A DNA stretch of 55,633 nucleotides, counting the filler, from Sphacelaria rigidula (taxonomy: Eukaryota): assembly GCA_964200075.2 (NCBI GenBank). It is 2 parts of 2 records of this genome, joined end to end, with 100 filler letters (N's around TTAATTAATTAA, not from the genome) between each part and the next. Parts side by side here need not be neighbours in the genome. Positions count along the whole stretch, not along the records: positions 1 to 27,807 come from CAXNAA020000109.1; 1 more part is not named here. One strand, written 5' to 3'. The notes beneath the pieces are model-generated. The model saw only the letters and a program-made list of their open reading frames with translations. It was not told where the DNA came from and did no database searches. Shown piece after piece: positions 11,597 to 25,129 of the stretch. The translations under genes were made by a program, and so were the position numbers. Position 1 is the stretch's first letter, and each line of letters starts with the position of its first letter.

Positions 11597-14500
11597 TTAT
11601 GGGAATGAAAATAACCCCTAGATGTCGAGGGTAGTTCATCTGTTGAATCGACATCAATCTCAGTTGAAAATCGGCATCAATCTTACTTGAAGAAAGTCCA
11701 TCTGGATCACGCATATTTTTATCAAGTGAAATTGATGTCGATTTAGCAGATGACACTGCCCTCGCCGTCGATCGTTCAAGATGAGGCACCATCCCTTCAA
11801 TGAGGCTCTCGATCCTTCACGAAAAATAAAAACATATGGTCAAGAAAAGGCCCTCAAGTTGGGCGACAAGAGCAGCGTCCATCTAATCAGCAAAGAAATC
11901 TACCCCAGAAATCGACAATCCCCGTGTTTGCGATACGGAGCTGTCGGCTCGGTGGATGGACCAGCGTGGCTTCTTCTGTCTTTGCAATAGGATGTTGTCC
12001 GTTGTTTCCGGACTTGCCTTGTGTCGGTGCGCGTGAAATATCCTCATGAGTGCTGCCCTATATTTCCTCGTTCCCGGGTTCCGGTCTCTTCATGAAATAA
12101 AAATGAAGTACTCGTGGTACGAGTACGACTAGCATTGTGAGAAATGAGAATAAGAATGACCAGCAGCCCATGCGTGGCAGCCACTTCACGTTTCCTATGG
12201 GATTGTCATCGGATTGATCCTTCGATCTTCGTTCTGGCAGAAAAGAAGCCTTTTAGAATACCGTGGGATATTTTTGTGACAATTCAGATCGCGGAAGGGA
12301 ACGTGAAAATAATTGCAACGCTTGGGCTGTCCTCGCATCCCAAGAAGTGTTATGCGTAGTTATGATGAAAATATTGTGCCGAAATTTCAGCGCGTAACTC
12401 TTCGAATAACGCACCGCATCCCCAAAATACATTCAAAAATCACTGTCGGCTGGCCCAGCCTGTACGCAAAACATTTGTGAGGATGCCAAGAAAAACAATG
12501 AAGAAGTGAGATCGATTTGAAGTTGCTGCAATAACTAAAGAAATGCTATACCTCTGTGGAAGAAAAAAAATACGGATGCAGCCTCAGAAATGTTGTGCGT
12601 TCTTGTGTGGAGGAGATCCTGACGCAATTTCGGCCAAAAAATTCGAAAATTTGGCATAACATCCAATTTTTCGTGTGGCACTGCTACGCCCCGGTGATCA
12701 AACTGGCAAAACCGTTTCTCATCACAGAGGTCACGAATTCGAGATTTCGACACGACCATTTTTGTTTTGCTCATGATCTGGCATAGCGCCTTGCATCTGG
12801 GGAGTGTAAAGCGCGGTTTGAGGTGGTACTTCTCCCTCTCCCGGTGTTGAATGACCGTCGGCTGGGATTTTCTTTCCCATCATGGATCTGTTGACGACGT
12901 TGATGCCATCTTGCAGCACTACTCGTACCAGCGTGCTTTTGCCTGCGCCGTCTGGTGAGGAATAGCAAATACGGTATTGGAAAGGCGAGCCTACGTCTGT
13001 GACCACGGGTTCGCGAGATCGGACTAATGTGCGGAAATAATAATAATAAATTATAAAATGTCAGGTCTTCGCGTGCCTGTGCGACGCAATTCCCTACCGT
13101 GATTCTACCGCATTTCGAGAAACGAAACACCTCCGGGCACTCTATTGATCACACAACGACATGAGGCATTCCCGGTACTCAATCGGTACAAAAACATGTC
13201 GCCAAAACTTCGCCAATCAGGGGCGGTGCCGTGCATTACCAGGTTGGTCTGCAGTTCACAGCGATATGCTCGAGTCGAGCTGATTTGGTAAACTTGACGA
13301 GTTATGGTTGGAGATGCAAATGTGGCACTCACTGCTGGCCCAGTTCGTACAGATGTATCATGCAGTATGATTCGCCGTGAAAAGCTTTCAACAGGATGTG
13401 GCAACCGCCGCCCGCAACGTATGGCCTTGGATATTGTCTCCATCACCTTGCCACAAAGCCCTTTGTAGTCCGGGTGGACCGTAATTTACTGTTGCAAGCG
13501 GCAGATCCTCTTCGAACGGCATGGGCGCTGCGCCGCACATACAGTACACTACGTCTTTTCGAATGCAGCAGCAGCTGGCGCGATGCATAACCCCTTTCAT
13601 GTTCTGGGCAGTTTTCCGCGACGGAGATCAGCTGCCTATACACAGCTTGTTCGTTCCCGTCGATTACATGCGACCTCACCGCCACTTACCGCTTCGACCC
13701 AGGGATACGCAAAACTCATGCCTCTAGCTGTCTCTCGTCCCACAGCGTTGCTAGATTAAGTCGCCTTGTGAACATGACCATATATATGGTAGGTACGTTT
13801 ATTCCCGAATTTCCCCCGAGCACCCTGTGTTCGTGTAATCAACTAGGTTTCACTATAGGATGGCGACCCCAAAAAAATGAGGGGAGCCTAGGTCGGACCT
13901 ATTTAAAGTGCAAGTAAACGATGAAAAAATCGGGAAACCGAGTCACCACTTGTGCTTTCTTTTGCTTCGAAGGCTTTTTTGTGGGCCAGGGACAGGATAT
14001 ACGCACCACCATTGCAGTGACGTCACTCCCGGCGACAGCCCTCCCCACTGGTCGTTCGGATGTGGTCGGTGAAGTCCACCTCGCCGTGATTGGGTAGGTC
14101 GCTCCCAGACTTTTTCATCATTGTTTTACTAATACATGTTGAACCTCTTGTCACTGAGCTTCAGTCCCAAAAGGTTCAAGATCCAAAGCCATAATCCTGA
14201 CTCCTTTGTTGCATTATTTTCCTTATGTCAGCCCGATCTCATGCACCTGTGGCCGCAGACATAATCCTGCCACAACCGAACCAAAATCCATGGGTTTTCA
14301 TGTACGATTTTAGCAATCGTTTCCTCGATATTTCAATGAATGTACCGGCACCTCCACTCGTGCGCGACGACGCGGAACGTGTTCGGGGGTGGCGACAATC
14401 CCCCATAGTAGTGACATGCGTATTTTCTATTTTCCCCGTGGCATTGGTGAGATGATGGGCGAGAGAGCAGCAAGAAGCCATTCGCGTGAAAAATTGTCCC

Positions 14501-14926
14501 GAGTTGTTGCAAAAACGCCGATTTGAAGTAGGAACGTACCCTGCTACTTCAATTCGTAACCGATTGGTACGCAGAAGCCACGTAGTCGATGAACCAATTG
14601 CGCACTACAGTCTGAGCAATCGGGCGCTGTATCAGGCGCATTTATAAATCGTAATGAAGCTGAAAATAACCTAGATCACCCTTCGAATAACTTGGAGGTG
14701 AGCTGGTCGCCGTTCACTTGCAAATTTGCTTGAACTCGAACTGTGCAAAATGAACAGATTGTACTGAATCAATCCCCTCACCTGATGTCATTGCCCCCGA
14801 ATTATTGTCATCATCCACGGAGTTGCCCCCCTTCACCCCAACCGATAATGGGTCATCGTCTGGCCTGCGTCGGGGATTGGCGCAATACATGAAAATGTCG
14901 ACCTGGTGGGGACAAGTACTTCATAA

Positions 14927-15027
14927 ATCCTTCGATCCCGAGGGTAGGTCACCCGTGGAATCGGCATCAATTCCACTCGAAAAAAATATCTGTGATCCAG
15001 ATGGACTACCCGCATCCTATGCTGAGG
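14927..15027. mobile_element. ~102-bp TTAA/CCC MITE family copy (inverted, decayed ends)
   Basis: GATCCAGATGGACTACCCGCA is also at 39236-39256. Confidence 0.65.
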
Positions 15028-15199
15028 ACTAATGCCTTGACTTTTTTTTCTTCTCCGGACCACGAAGACATGTGCACAAGAATTACGGTCCAAGCTGAAA
15101 ATAATTGAAAAATCCGAGAAACAGCGTTTGTAAGTCTTGATATCCTGTCTGGTCGAGCTACGATACAAACCGTCACACGGCGGCAGGCGTTTCCCGAGA

Positions 15200-15700
15200 G
15201 CGGGGTGAGCGTTTGATGGCCGAGGTGGAAATCTCTGTAACGTACGTGGTGCGTCAGTTGCTCACAACCCGGATAAAATATTACATCGTCCCAAAGTGTA
15301 CTGCGCACAGCATCGACTATTGCGTCTTTTCCAGTGGACAATCGATTCTATGCCGTAAGCATTACACGTGTTGTTATGCCATGTCTTGTCATTACCCAGG
15401 GTGTGTTGTTTTCGTTGGTGCTGTTTACGCCAGGATGTACGTACGTCCTGTATACGCTGGACTCCTGCCGACTTGTTGAACGTGATGACGATCGTTCTAT
15501 TAGCCGCCAGTAGCCAAGGCAGAGCCTTACGGAGATGGACATGAATGGAAAAAATGTCTACACGAGGTCGGACCAACCCTGAACACTTCCGCAGCGTGAT
15601 GTTGTCGTCGGTGCAAGATTTCGCGGACTTGGAAGAGGAGTAAGCATCACACCGTGTTTTCAACTCGAAGTGCTGATTACTCAAAGTGTTTACGTGCAAG
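15200..15700 (-). pseudogene. Decayed ORF fragment homologous to 32280-32720 (probable transposon protein)
   Basis: LSTGKDAIVDAVRSTLWDDVIFYPG vs LSVAKGAIVDTLRSTLFNCGIFCPG; DNA AAAGTGTACTGCG...ATCGACTATTGCG in both. Confidence 0.55.
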
Positions 15701-16481
15701 AGTTTGACTTCTAAACCGTTTTTTTTTCGTGATTATCGCCACGTGTGTGACCCGGAAAATCGTTCGTTGCACATGCCAGCGAGGGAGGGTTGCTGCTGCG
15801 TTTGTTTTATTTAACGGATTCTCCTGCGGTACTGTGAGTTTTTCCGGTGCTTCAATCGTGGGCAGTATATTCACCCACGATTCGAGTCATATTCCATTTG
15901 AATACCAAGACGAGACGTGGCGCTTTTTTACCGTACGTCCAGCTTGATTCTTTTCTTCTTTACCGTGGGAAAATGAAGTCATTGTGGTGCTATAATGAAA
16001 ATTTCACTCACGAAGACTTGCGACGGCGAAGGACGTGGTACCCTCGCCTTGGTGAGCACCAGCCGACGCGACGGTCCATGACGCAGGCGTCAACATGAGC
16101 ACGCGCGTGCAAATTACGTCGCCAACACAGCTACACTTTTGACTCGTCTACCCCTCTTCCTTCCCCTCCGGAATTCTCTCTACACACGAAGTGCAGGTGA
16201 GGCTACATATCCCACGCCCTGAACATGGGATTCACGTTGTCAATAAGTTTTCATGCTGTACATTTTTTTTTCACCATTAAGCATGTAATACATTGTCCAG
16301 GGTGTGAAACTTCACACACTGCTGTTGAAAGCAGTCAGCGAAGATCACGCTTGCGTGCCCCATCTTCCTTAACAACCCTCGACATGATGTATATACCCCC
16401 CCCGACTCTGAACACAATCATTTCCCGACGGTCGGTCGACGTGTTCCGTTGATGGGAAAAAAAATACGTCTTATTTTACAG

Positions 16482-16612
16482 AGCGCACTCAGGGGATGTC
16501 GATATCGATCGGCGCCGAATACCGCTTGCCGGAAGAGCAAGACAGGACCGACGATCGATCACACGATCCGGAGCGCAGTGCGATCGTAGATGACCTCAAC
16601 AACAAGCTGCAG
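16482..16612 (+). CDS. Exon 4 of IQ-PH protein
   Basis: Acceptor TTATTTTACAG|, donor CAG|GTACGC; 131 bp, phase 1 to 0, bridging exons 3 and 5 exactly; (K)RTQGMSISIGAEYRLPEEQDRTDDRSHDPERSAIVDDLNNKLQ. Confidence 0.7.
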
Positions 16613-18006
16613 GTACGCTAGCGGTACAGCGCAAGGGACTTTGCGACGGATGCGTACATGTTCTTGGTTGATCTTCGTCAGGACACACGCGTTTCGTGTT
16701 TACATGATTTGTCCATTGGACTCGAGGGCGTCGAGTTGGTAGGTTTCTGAGCATGCCCACGGCGAAACCTTCTTTCACTTGGCTCCCTTCTAGCATTGTT
16801 CCTCATGTGGACATTCGAAACCGACCTCTTCGTGAAGGGCCGGGAGGTATCTTGCGTTGTGGATGTGGAAATGGATGGAGCTCTCCTGTTGATATTTGGT
16901 GGTGACGCTGTCGGAGAGACTTACCTGTATAATGCTTGCTCTGATCACGTGGAGTTGAGCGAGGGAGTTGTTGAGCGGTGGTGGTGCTGAAAAAGTTTGG
17001 ATGAGCGATGAAATACAAGACAGATCAAGAGATACCGGGGGGGGAAGGTAGGTTGGAGCTCCTCCAACACGGACTCGTTTCAGAGAACGGGGCCGGGGAG
17101 GTTGAGCATCCGACTAACAGGAGGGAGGCGGCGGTGCACGGGCGTGTGAAACAAGTCCGCCATCGGAACAGCATGCGCTTCTTCTCGAAGGAGCAGTGCC
17201 ATACTTTTGTTGTGGGTAGTCTACTGCTGCAAGGCGCCTTATTTTTCCAAACCCCCATCCGTCCAGCTTGTTTCTCGACGATTGCAACGCCTTATGAGTG
17301 GAAGAAGGTATCGTGAATACACGCGGCATCGGCGTCTTCTCTTCTAGTCTTTCTTGTCGACACGCAAGTCGAATGTATGGGACTGGCGGTAAAGTGTTGG
17401 TTGAGTGTATTTGTTTTTTTCCGAGTCAAGTCACGGGTGATATTTTTACTCGCGTCTGCATCAGTTTCGAGGTAGGTTTTAAAGACATACTGCATCGCGA
17501 TATCTTGTACTCGAGGTATTCCCCACCTTCCCACTGCCCCCAACCTATTTTGGCGGACTTGTAACTAGGGTTTGTAATGCCATTTTTTGGGTGTGAGGTC
17601 GATGGCCTTATAAATGCGGCACGCAGAAGCAAGAGTACCCCCGTCCCCGCCGATCAATTTTGTATGTTTGCTTCGTCGAAACTCTGCAGTCCCTCCGGAA
17701 GCTGTGCGTCCCGCAGCAACGCCTCGGGAACTTTAGATCAGGCTTCAAGCAGCCGAAGACGATGGCTGTGAAGAACATGGCTTTCTTCCAAGGCGTTGGT
17801 GGGTCTACGACAAGCAGCGGGATGGGCAGCGTGGCGGACATGTGGGGCGACGGCGTGGTGAGTCAGTCTACGTGAAGAACCAGTTGGGACTCCCATTTTT
17901 CGGGTAGATGTTACGCTTTTGATCAAAATCATTACTGGAGGTGAACCCGCCGAGTATGGCCCGTGGCTTTCGGCATGGTGTTGTGGAACATCGAACCGCT
18001 ACGAAA

Positions 18007-18038
<32 letters not shown>
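18007..18038. repeat. (GATT)8 microsatellite
   Basis: Read directly; a shorter (ATTG)n run lies at ~473-490. Confidence 0.95.
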
Positions 18039-19057
18039 ATCTCACATCAGCTGATTGCAACAATCCAGTCCGTGGTCAGGAGCAGCAAAAATATAACACA
18101 ATAATACAAGAACACAAAAAAAAAAAAATGAACAGAAAAAGGACAGAAGCAACGGCCTCAAAAAGGAAAGAAAGGGGGCAGCGATAACAACAAAAATCAC
18201 CACCACCACCAAACAACAACAGGAACAAAGATTGGGATGGGGTGAGTTGTTATCTTGTATCTTGCAAGAGTTCGGGATGCGCCGGGGCCTCGGGAGAGGG
18301 TAGTTTCTCGTTTTCCTGCAAAGCTGGGTGTTGCCCTCGAGTTCAAACGATGGTTTGGTCGATTCCGAGATAATGCCGCAAGCGGCATCGTCACCATCAC
18401 GTCTTGTATGCGCTGTGTATGCGATGATCGCATGCGGCGGTTGGTGAAGACGGGTCACGGGTGGTTGGCATGGCTCGACTAAGGTACAGGCAGGATTTTG
18501 CGCCTTCTCGCACTGGCTGGATTGTACTTGCTCGTGCCTTGATCCGGGCGCGTAGAAACGGATCTAAATGCACCCTTCCCTCGCCCCTCTCTCCCTCAAT
18601 CAAGGTTCAGTGATTCTTGCGTGTGCCTTTCGAAGTATGGTTTGAAGAGCGAAGACAGTGTCTTGATTGTTGAGTATGCCGAATGTCAATCAAGGATTGG
18701 GTACTCTGTTCTTGTGAACACGCTGAAAATGATGCAGTGCGTGCGAAGGCGTAACTACTGCCTACCTTCATTGCGACCGTACACTCCGTGATGACAACCA
18801 ATATCGACGTACGTATCGGTGCTGAGTGTTCTTCGCCGTTGGAGCAGAGCACAAGCCGAGCAATAGCGCTCCCTCCCCGATTCTCGAGTTGGTGGTGCCT
18901 CGCCGGAGGCATTGAAAATTCACGTCTAGGCTCTCTTAGACAAAGACCTACTCACTGTAATGTAGTATGTACATGCACATTGCTTGACTCGAAACGTGTT
19001 CGACGAAACTAATTCGTTTTGTTCCCCTACGCAACCCTTCACAACGGAAACGAACAG

Positions 19058-19210
19058 CGGAGACAATACCAAACGGACATCGTGCGCCAAAAGAACGAGT
19101 CGGTGGAGGATGTCGCCAAGCGCGACGGAATGCGCACGGCGATGCTCGTCAACCGAAGTGGTGTGCATCGAGTAACTCGCAGGTCGAACGGCTCAGTGGA
19201 ACAGCGATGA
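19058..19210 (+). CDS. Exon 5 (terminal) of IQ-PH protein
   Basis: Acceptor GAACAG|; phase 0 RRQYQTDIVRQKNESVEDVAKRDGMRTAMLVNRSGVHRVTRRSNGSVEQR*; GC3-rich codons; followed by T-rich UTR-like DNA. Confidence 0.65.
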   Translation, partial: RRQYQTDIVRQKNESVEDVAKRDGMRTAMLVNRSGVHRVTRRSNGSVEQR

Positions 19211-22200
19211 TACGCAGGCGGGATAGAAAAGCCCTGTCGGTGGGAGAGGGACAAGGGAAGGAGACGCACGAGTGAGATGGGGGAGAGTGATAACTCTGCT
19301 TTGTATGTCTCTACCCATTCGCTTTTGTCTTCACGTTACGTTACGTTTCATTCTGCGGGCGGAAATTTTTTGACGGGGGTGGCGGGGGGGGAAGGGGCGG
19401 AAGTGTAGGGAAAGGGTGCGACAACAACAAAAGCAAGAGCTGTGTAGCAGAAACATGCAAAGGAGTACTGTAATCAAAAGTTTGGAATCATTCCCTGCGT
19501 TCCTCTATTTTCATTTCCTTATAGCGCCCGCTCGTCCTCCCTCCAGCAACGTGTCCGCTGTTTCAATAGGGGTAGCGCGGCAAGAGCTTGCTTCGTGCCT
19601 AGCCCTGCAACATAGCTACTCTAGTACCTTGAGTGCCGTGAGTACGTGAAAGTATTGCTGCGGAAGGGGGAGGGGAGCGCGAGGTGGGATGAAGTGTTGA
19701 TCTAGTTTACTGCTTGAAGGTGTTTGGTGAACGTAGTTTCTACCGCCTGTTATTATTTTATGTATTGTCTTCCGTATATACATGTTTATGGTGCCAGAGG
19801 CAGATTCTTTCATGCGTCCGTTCCTGTTTTTTTTGTTTTTAGGCCACTGGGTCCCTCATAGGTTTATTTAGTTTTTGCGTGTGTGTAGAAAAGAGTCGTG
19901 GTGGCAAGAAGAAGCAAGACGTGAGAAAGAAGGGGCGACGCGATGGAGGATGAATTTTCTTCGCTTACTTTCAATCTCATTAAGTTTTATTTTTGTTCCG
20001 TTGCCGGGATCACTGCCTCTATGTGGTGCTGTTCACGCTGAAGAGCCCCGGAAGGACGGCAGCGGGGCGGAGTGAGGTCGGAAGGGTCGAAATTGTTACC
20101 GGTCTTGTTTTCAGCTGTTCGACCTTGCTTCCAAAGGGGTGGCGGAAGGGAGAGGACATCTGTCTTGAAAAAACTGTGAAATTTTTGGTTGTCGTATATG
20201 AAAAATATTGAGAAGAAACGTTTTTTTTTTTTCCATTTTATTTCTCCTCCCGTCCCAAGTCTTGCCTAGTTATTTTGCACACCTTTCCGCGACAGCTCAA
20301 GCTTCTTTGGAATAGCAAGACAAGCAGCGCTTCACGATTCATGGGCGAGGGCTGTCACTCCGTTGTATCTCTTGGTGCGAAAAGTAACCCGTACATGCGA
20401 TCTTGCCTCGAGTTCCGTGTTGAAAACATGAAATCACTGTACATGCTCTCGGGAATGAACGAATAATAATCCGAAATGATGGAGGTGGTCACGTTCGAGA
20501 ACAGATCAAACTTACTCTTGAAAAGGCCGAGCGACTTTGAGCATGGTCGAGAGAACATGCCTGACGCAATGGGGGCCCGGCGTACATGCATACCCTTCCG
20601 CATTTTGAGGTTTTACTTACCGCAAACAAGCGGAGAGCAGGGTTTCTGGGGTTTTATAGGATATCGTGGTGGGCAAAGGCCTATGGTGAGGAGTATCGGC
20701 GGGTGCGGTTGGTTGTGGATCACCTTTCGGTGTACAACTGAGTGCCTCAGGTGAGGAAAGATATGGGCTTGGCGGGCTAGAGCCTGCAGGGATGTGTGAA
20801 TCGATCACCTTTGGGTGTCTAGACTAGGCAGGGGACGTCGGAAAGGACACGCTTTTTGATTGGGAAATGCATGTATGACTTGATGGGCGTGACTTTCCTT
20901 GTGGAGCACGCCGAGCTTTTTGGCTTTTCACGTTATCTGTGAGTGTTTTGTGTGTCTGGAGTGTGGGTAGCTACATACTCGACTGCCTTGTTGCTTGATG
21001 ACACGGCTTTTTTTTTTTTTCCTCCCCTTCTTACTCGATTCTGATTTGGGCGCTCATTGCAGGATATGCTTCGTTTTTTTTTGGGAACGAAATTGCCCGC
21101 TAATCCGTGTGGAGTCTCCGCATGTCCCAACTCGCACCGGTCGAAACGGGCGTCAAAAGGGGTACCGAGGGGAGAGCACGTTGCGCTGTGTTTTTGAAGC
21201 ACTGTTTTGTATTTGTGTTTTTGTGTAACTATGAAAACTTTGAGTACATTCGCTCAAGAACGGGGAGGGGGATGGGGGTCAAGTTTTCAACTCCCCTTTC
21301 TGTAGTTGAAAGCTGCTGCTGACAGTTGTGGAAGGCGCGTGAGTCCGGTGGTTGCCGGGGGGAGGTAGAATTCGAGGAGGCAAATGTCTAGATCGCAATT
21401 CGCCCCCTACTTTCTTCTCCGTGGCTCCGTGAATGCTGAGGAGCTCTTCCCCCCCTCCCCTCCCCCCTCCCCTCCCCCCTCCCCCGACCTCCCCTTTTCT
21501 CCGCCGCGAAACTACGGATTGTGTGTTGCAGCTCTCGGCTCGAGAAGTTCACTTGGAGCTTGTTTTGTGATGCCTCATTTCCCCTTTTTTTTCCGCGGGA
21601 GTGCGTGGGCATGTTCGGATTTCATACTTTCGCTGGAAATTCGAGGCGCCCTGCCTTCCTTCCGTGAGGTCCTTCTGTTTTGGCGTAGATACACACATCC
21701 ATGATTGTATGCATGTTGTTGTGAAATATGTCGTTAGTCGACTACTACTGTTATACTCCCTGTGCGTCTGCTTCGTTTCTTCTCTTTCGTGCTTGTGTGT
21801 TTGGTGACGATGTGTGTTGTGGTATATTTGCCATCTGCATGAAAGTATCACGGAATGCCAGATCCACCATTCACCAACCAAGCAATCGTGTAGCTGTTGG
21901 CTGTTCTTACTCTTATTTTTGACATTTTACCTCCCATCACCCGAATGTGTGTGGACACAGCAGATGGTGTCAGTAGGACATGAAGGCTTATCGTGGTTGA
22001 GACTAGGGGTGAAGTGAACGTTCCGCATGCACCCACGTACGGTAACACCCCTTATATCCCGTCGCTGTCCCCTGGACTCGCCTTGAGATACTAGCTTGTC
22101 TGGTTTGCTTCTATATCATAAGTGTTGCTCTGTTAACCTCTTTGACGGTGTCGCCATGCTTTTGCGTGGGGCGTGTGTGCCGGTCATTCAGTTGCTGGGT

Positions 22201-23370
22201 CAGGGAAGGGGGTGGGGGAGATATACGGCGGCGGCTGGGTGGGGGGGGCGTATTCTTGTTTTTATTCGTACACGTCTGTTTTCCCCACCGTTTTGGTTGC
22301 TCTGCGGATGTTATGGTTCAAACGGAAGGTGGAACCATGGGTATTCGAGATATGGAGAAAAACTTGAGTCTCTCGTAACTTAACTTACATTTATTATTAT
22401 TATTTGATCGGTGGAATAAAAGGTAGATTGGTTTGTGTCAATCTGAGTCCCGCGTTTATCATCAACTACTTCTACGACTACTTCTACGACTACGCCTATA
22501 TTTTGTTGTGCGATTTGTGCGGTTGACTCCGTTTTTTTCTTCTTCATTTTACTCGTTTGGCCTTCTCTCGGGAGGGGTTTTGCGTCAGTGGGCGGGTGGG
22601 AGAACGTTGGGTCGATGGGGCTGGTGAGTGAATGACGTGAAGTATATCACGAACAGGCGAAAATTGCATCAAGGACGAGTGATGAATGAAAACAGGCTAC
22701 AACAGTACATCAAGTTATGTGCGGCACCGTATCTGTCGTGCCCTGACTGATCCCGCTGCTGACTGCGTGCGTTCAGCTGAATTCTTTCACCATAACCGAT
22801 CAAAATAAACCTTCATGTTGAAGCAAGACGAACGGAATATTTTTCGGGGAGGTGTGTGTGTGTTCTCGATGGATAAGACGACGCCTACATTCGAAATGCC
22901 GTTGCCGCGAATGTGCCGCGCGTCATTATCGCTGTTCGTGTGGATATCACGGCCAGCAGCGTATTGTCTTGGCATGGCGAAACAGCGGCGATGGAGGAGC
23001 TAGTAGTGAAAACACCATACTTCCGCGTGTACATGAATGCATTTGATTGTGCATGTACGAAGATGTCAGCACACGTGAATGAGCGCCTACGAGCAGCTAA
23101 GTGTAGACGATGTAGCATGCACACTCTTCTCCCCGGCACGATCATGGCGCAGAGAGGATCGATCTCACATCCAACTTATTACGGGACAAAATATCTCACG
23201 CCGTGCCGAGGCCGTGTCGCAGGCCGGTTCAATGGGCTGCTTGTTGTCTACCCACGAAAAATATCATCACGCACAAATGCCTGAGGGGATTCGAGTCCCC
23301 TCTCGCGTCCGGGCAAGCGTATGAATTCAACGATGAGTGGATGTCCTGGTCGTCATCGGCCCTTTTCCTT

Positions 23371-23452
23371 TGAGGCCCTTAGGACCCAAGAGGCTTGTAC
23401 TGATCCTATTCCTCTGAGGCCCTTAAAGCCGAAAAGGCTTGTACTGATCCTA
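23371..23452. repeat. ~44-bp tandem duplication
   Basis: TGAGGCCCTTA...AGGCTTGTACTGATCCTA occurs twice. Confidence 0.85.
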
Positions 23453-24342
23453 AATTCAACAAGTGTCCGCCCGTCCTATTCGTCCGGACATCACTACGAA
23501 GCTCCGAACCACGCACTTTCCCCCCCGAAATGATTCGGAGCCGCGCTGTACGAAGAAACCATCCCATCGACGTTCTGACATTAATCGAGACACCCTCAAC
23601 AAGTTTCAGCTTCTTTGGTGCTGATGCCGTTGTGTTTCGCTTCTCTCTGGGCGCACTCGAGAACACCCCCGATTCGACCCCTTTCAAGCAGGGCGAGTCT
23701 TGATTGAACTTCTCAGACTTGACTGTTGCAACTTTAATCGAGGCACTTTTTGGAAGTTAGAGGCATCACACGCAGCAACAGGCTCTCCGAATCACTTTAA
23801 ACATCGTTATCGAGAAGGCTCAGCTTCACTGCTGCTTTCTTCTCTGTCTTCTCTTGTTCATGCCGACGCCGTCCGTGGCTGAGGTGAAGGGGGTTTTAAA
23901 GTACGTGACCGACGTTCACCGTTTCACACCCACCCGATCATTCTCGGGGCATCTCAACGACGAGCTCTCGGCCATCGGGCACGCGATTAATCTAAACTAA
24001 TCTCGGTTTCCATGTCGACAAACGGCGAGCGTACGGGTTTTCCTCATCCAAGAATGCGAGGGTGGTAGAGACGTTCACTCTTCGCTACAGTACCAACCCT
24101 ACTACGAGCGAACTCAAATCGGGTTGTGACGTCGTGAATTTTTGCCCGGAGAACGGATAGGTCAGATAACAAGGATGAACCGACCAGAAAATCGGCCTAC
24201 AGACCAGCGACAGGGTGAGTCTGGCTGTAGTCAAATCCGCAAGGAGTTCGCATCTACTATTGTCATCGCTGTCTGTGTTGGTCTCTCTCCTGTCTTTCCT
24301 CTCCCGCCTCTCCTCCGTATACAGCCAAGAGTTCATTTAACG

Positions 24343-24832
24343 TGTACTGAGGGTGCCTTCCCTCTGGTGTATACTTGACGTCAGCAAGCCAAGGCTAGAC
24401 GTGTGGGGTCTGCTGTTGTTGCTGCTACTATGTGTGTGCTATTATGTGTTGCTGTCTCTCCCTTCCTCTCTCTCTCTTGGCTTTCCTCTTCTGAGCCTAC
24501 AGCCAAGTGTGTGTATTGTACTGTATGCTGAGTGTGCTCTCCCACTGTGTGTGTGTTCATTACAAACACCAAGGAGAAGCCGGAGGTGCTTCGTTGAGAA
24601 TAGTGAAGGATAGTGTACTTACTGTCTGTACTGTACTGCACTGTCTGTAGGTTCTATCTAAATTATCACGTGTAGCCAAATGATACCAAGCCGTAGGTTT
24701 CAGTATAATCGCATGCATGATTGGAGCAGTCGCAGGGGACAGAGAATCTTGGATTGATGGCCCTCATCTGTGTGGCCCCTTGCTGTCTAGCTCTTGATGT
24801 GATATGTTGAGGATCACTTCGTGGTAATAACA
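24343..24832 (+). repeat. Putative 5' LTR of the Gypsy element
   Basis: TG...CA-bounded non-coding block just upstream of the gag leader; no second LTR in the window to confirm the ends. Confidence 0.35.
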
Positions 24833-25129
24833 AGTGAGAAGAGAGGACTTGTCGGGCACGAGGCCAGTGTTACTGGAGGAGCCCCTCGTAGATAGTATTC
24901 TTGTCCAGATCGTCTGGCAGAGGCTACAATATCTAGATATCATTCTTCCAGCACTCAATTAGAGGAGTCTTGGCTAAGGAGAAAAGTTGGGCAGCAGCTT
25001 AGAGCCAGTTCAGCCCAAAGACGGGGGGAGACCAACTTCAAGCGCACAGAAGAGGGGGACGCTCCGTGAGCTGGAGGACGCACAAGTCAGGCAAGAGTCT
25101 CTCCGTGAAGTGTTTGAAGCATAGACAAC

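Noticed and set aside
10969..11780. CRISPR-like or REP-like palindromic array
   Set aside because: No constant repeat with unique spacers and no cas genes; explained by nested MITEs in eukaryotic DNA
19270..22700. Many short ORFs
   Set aside because: T-rich, simple-repeat-rich sequence with no motifs or splice logic; consistent with 3' UTR or intergenic DNA
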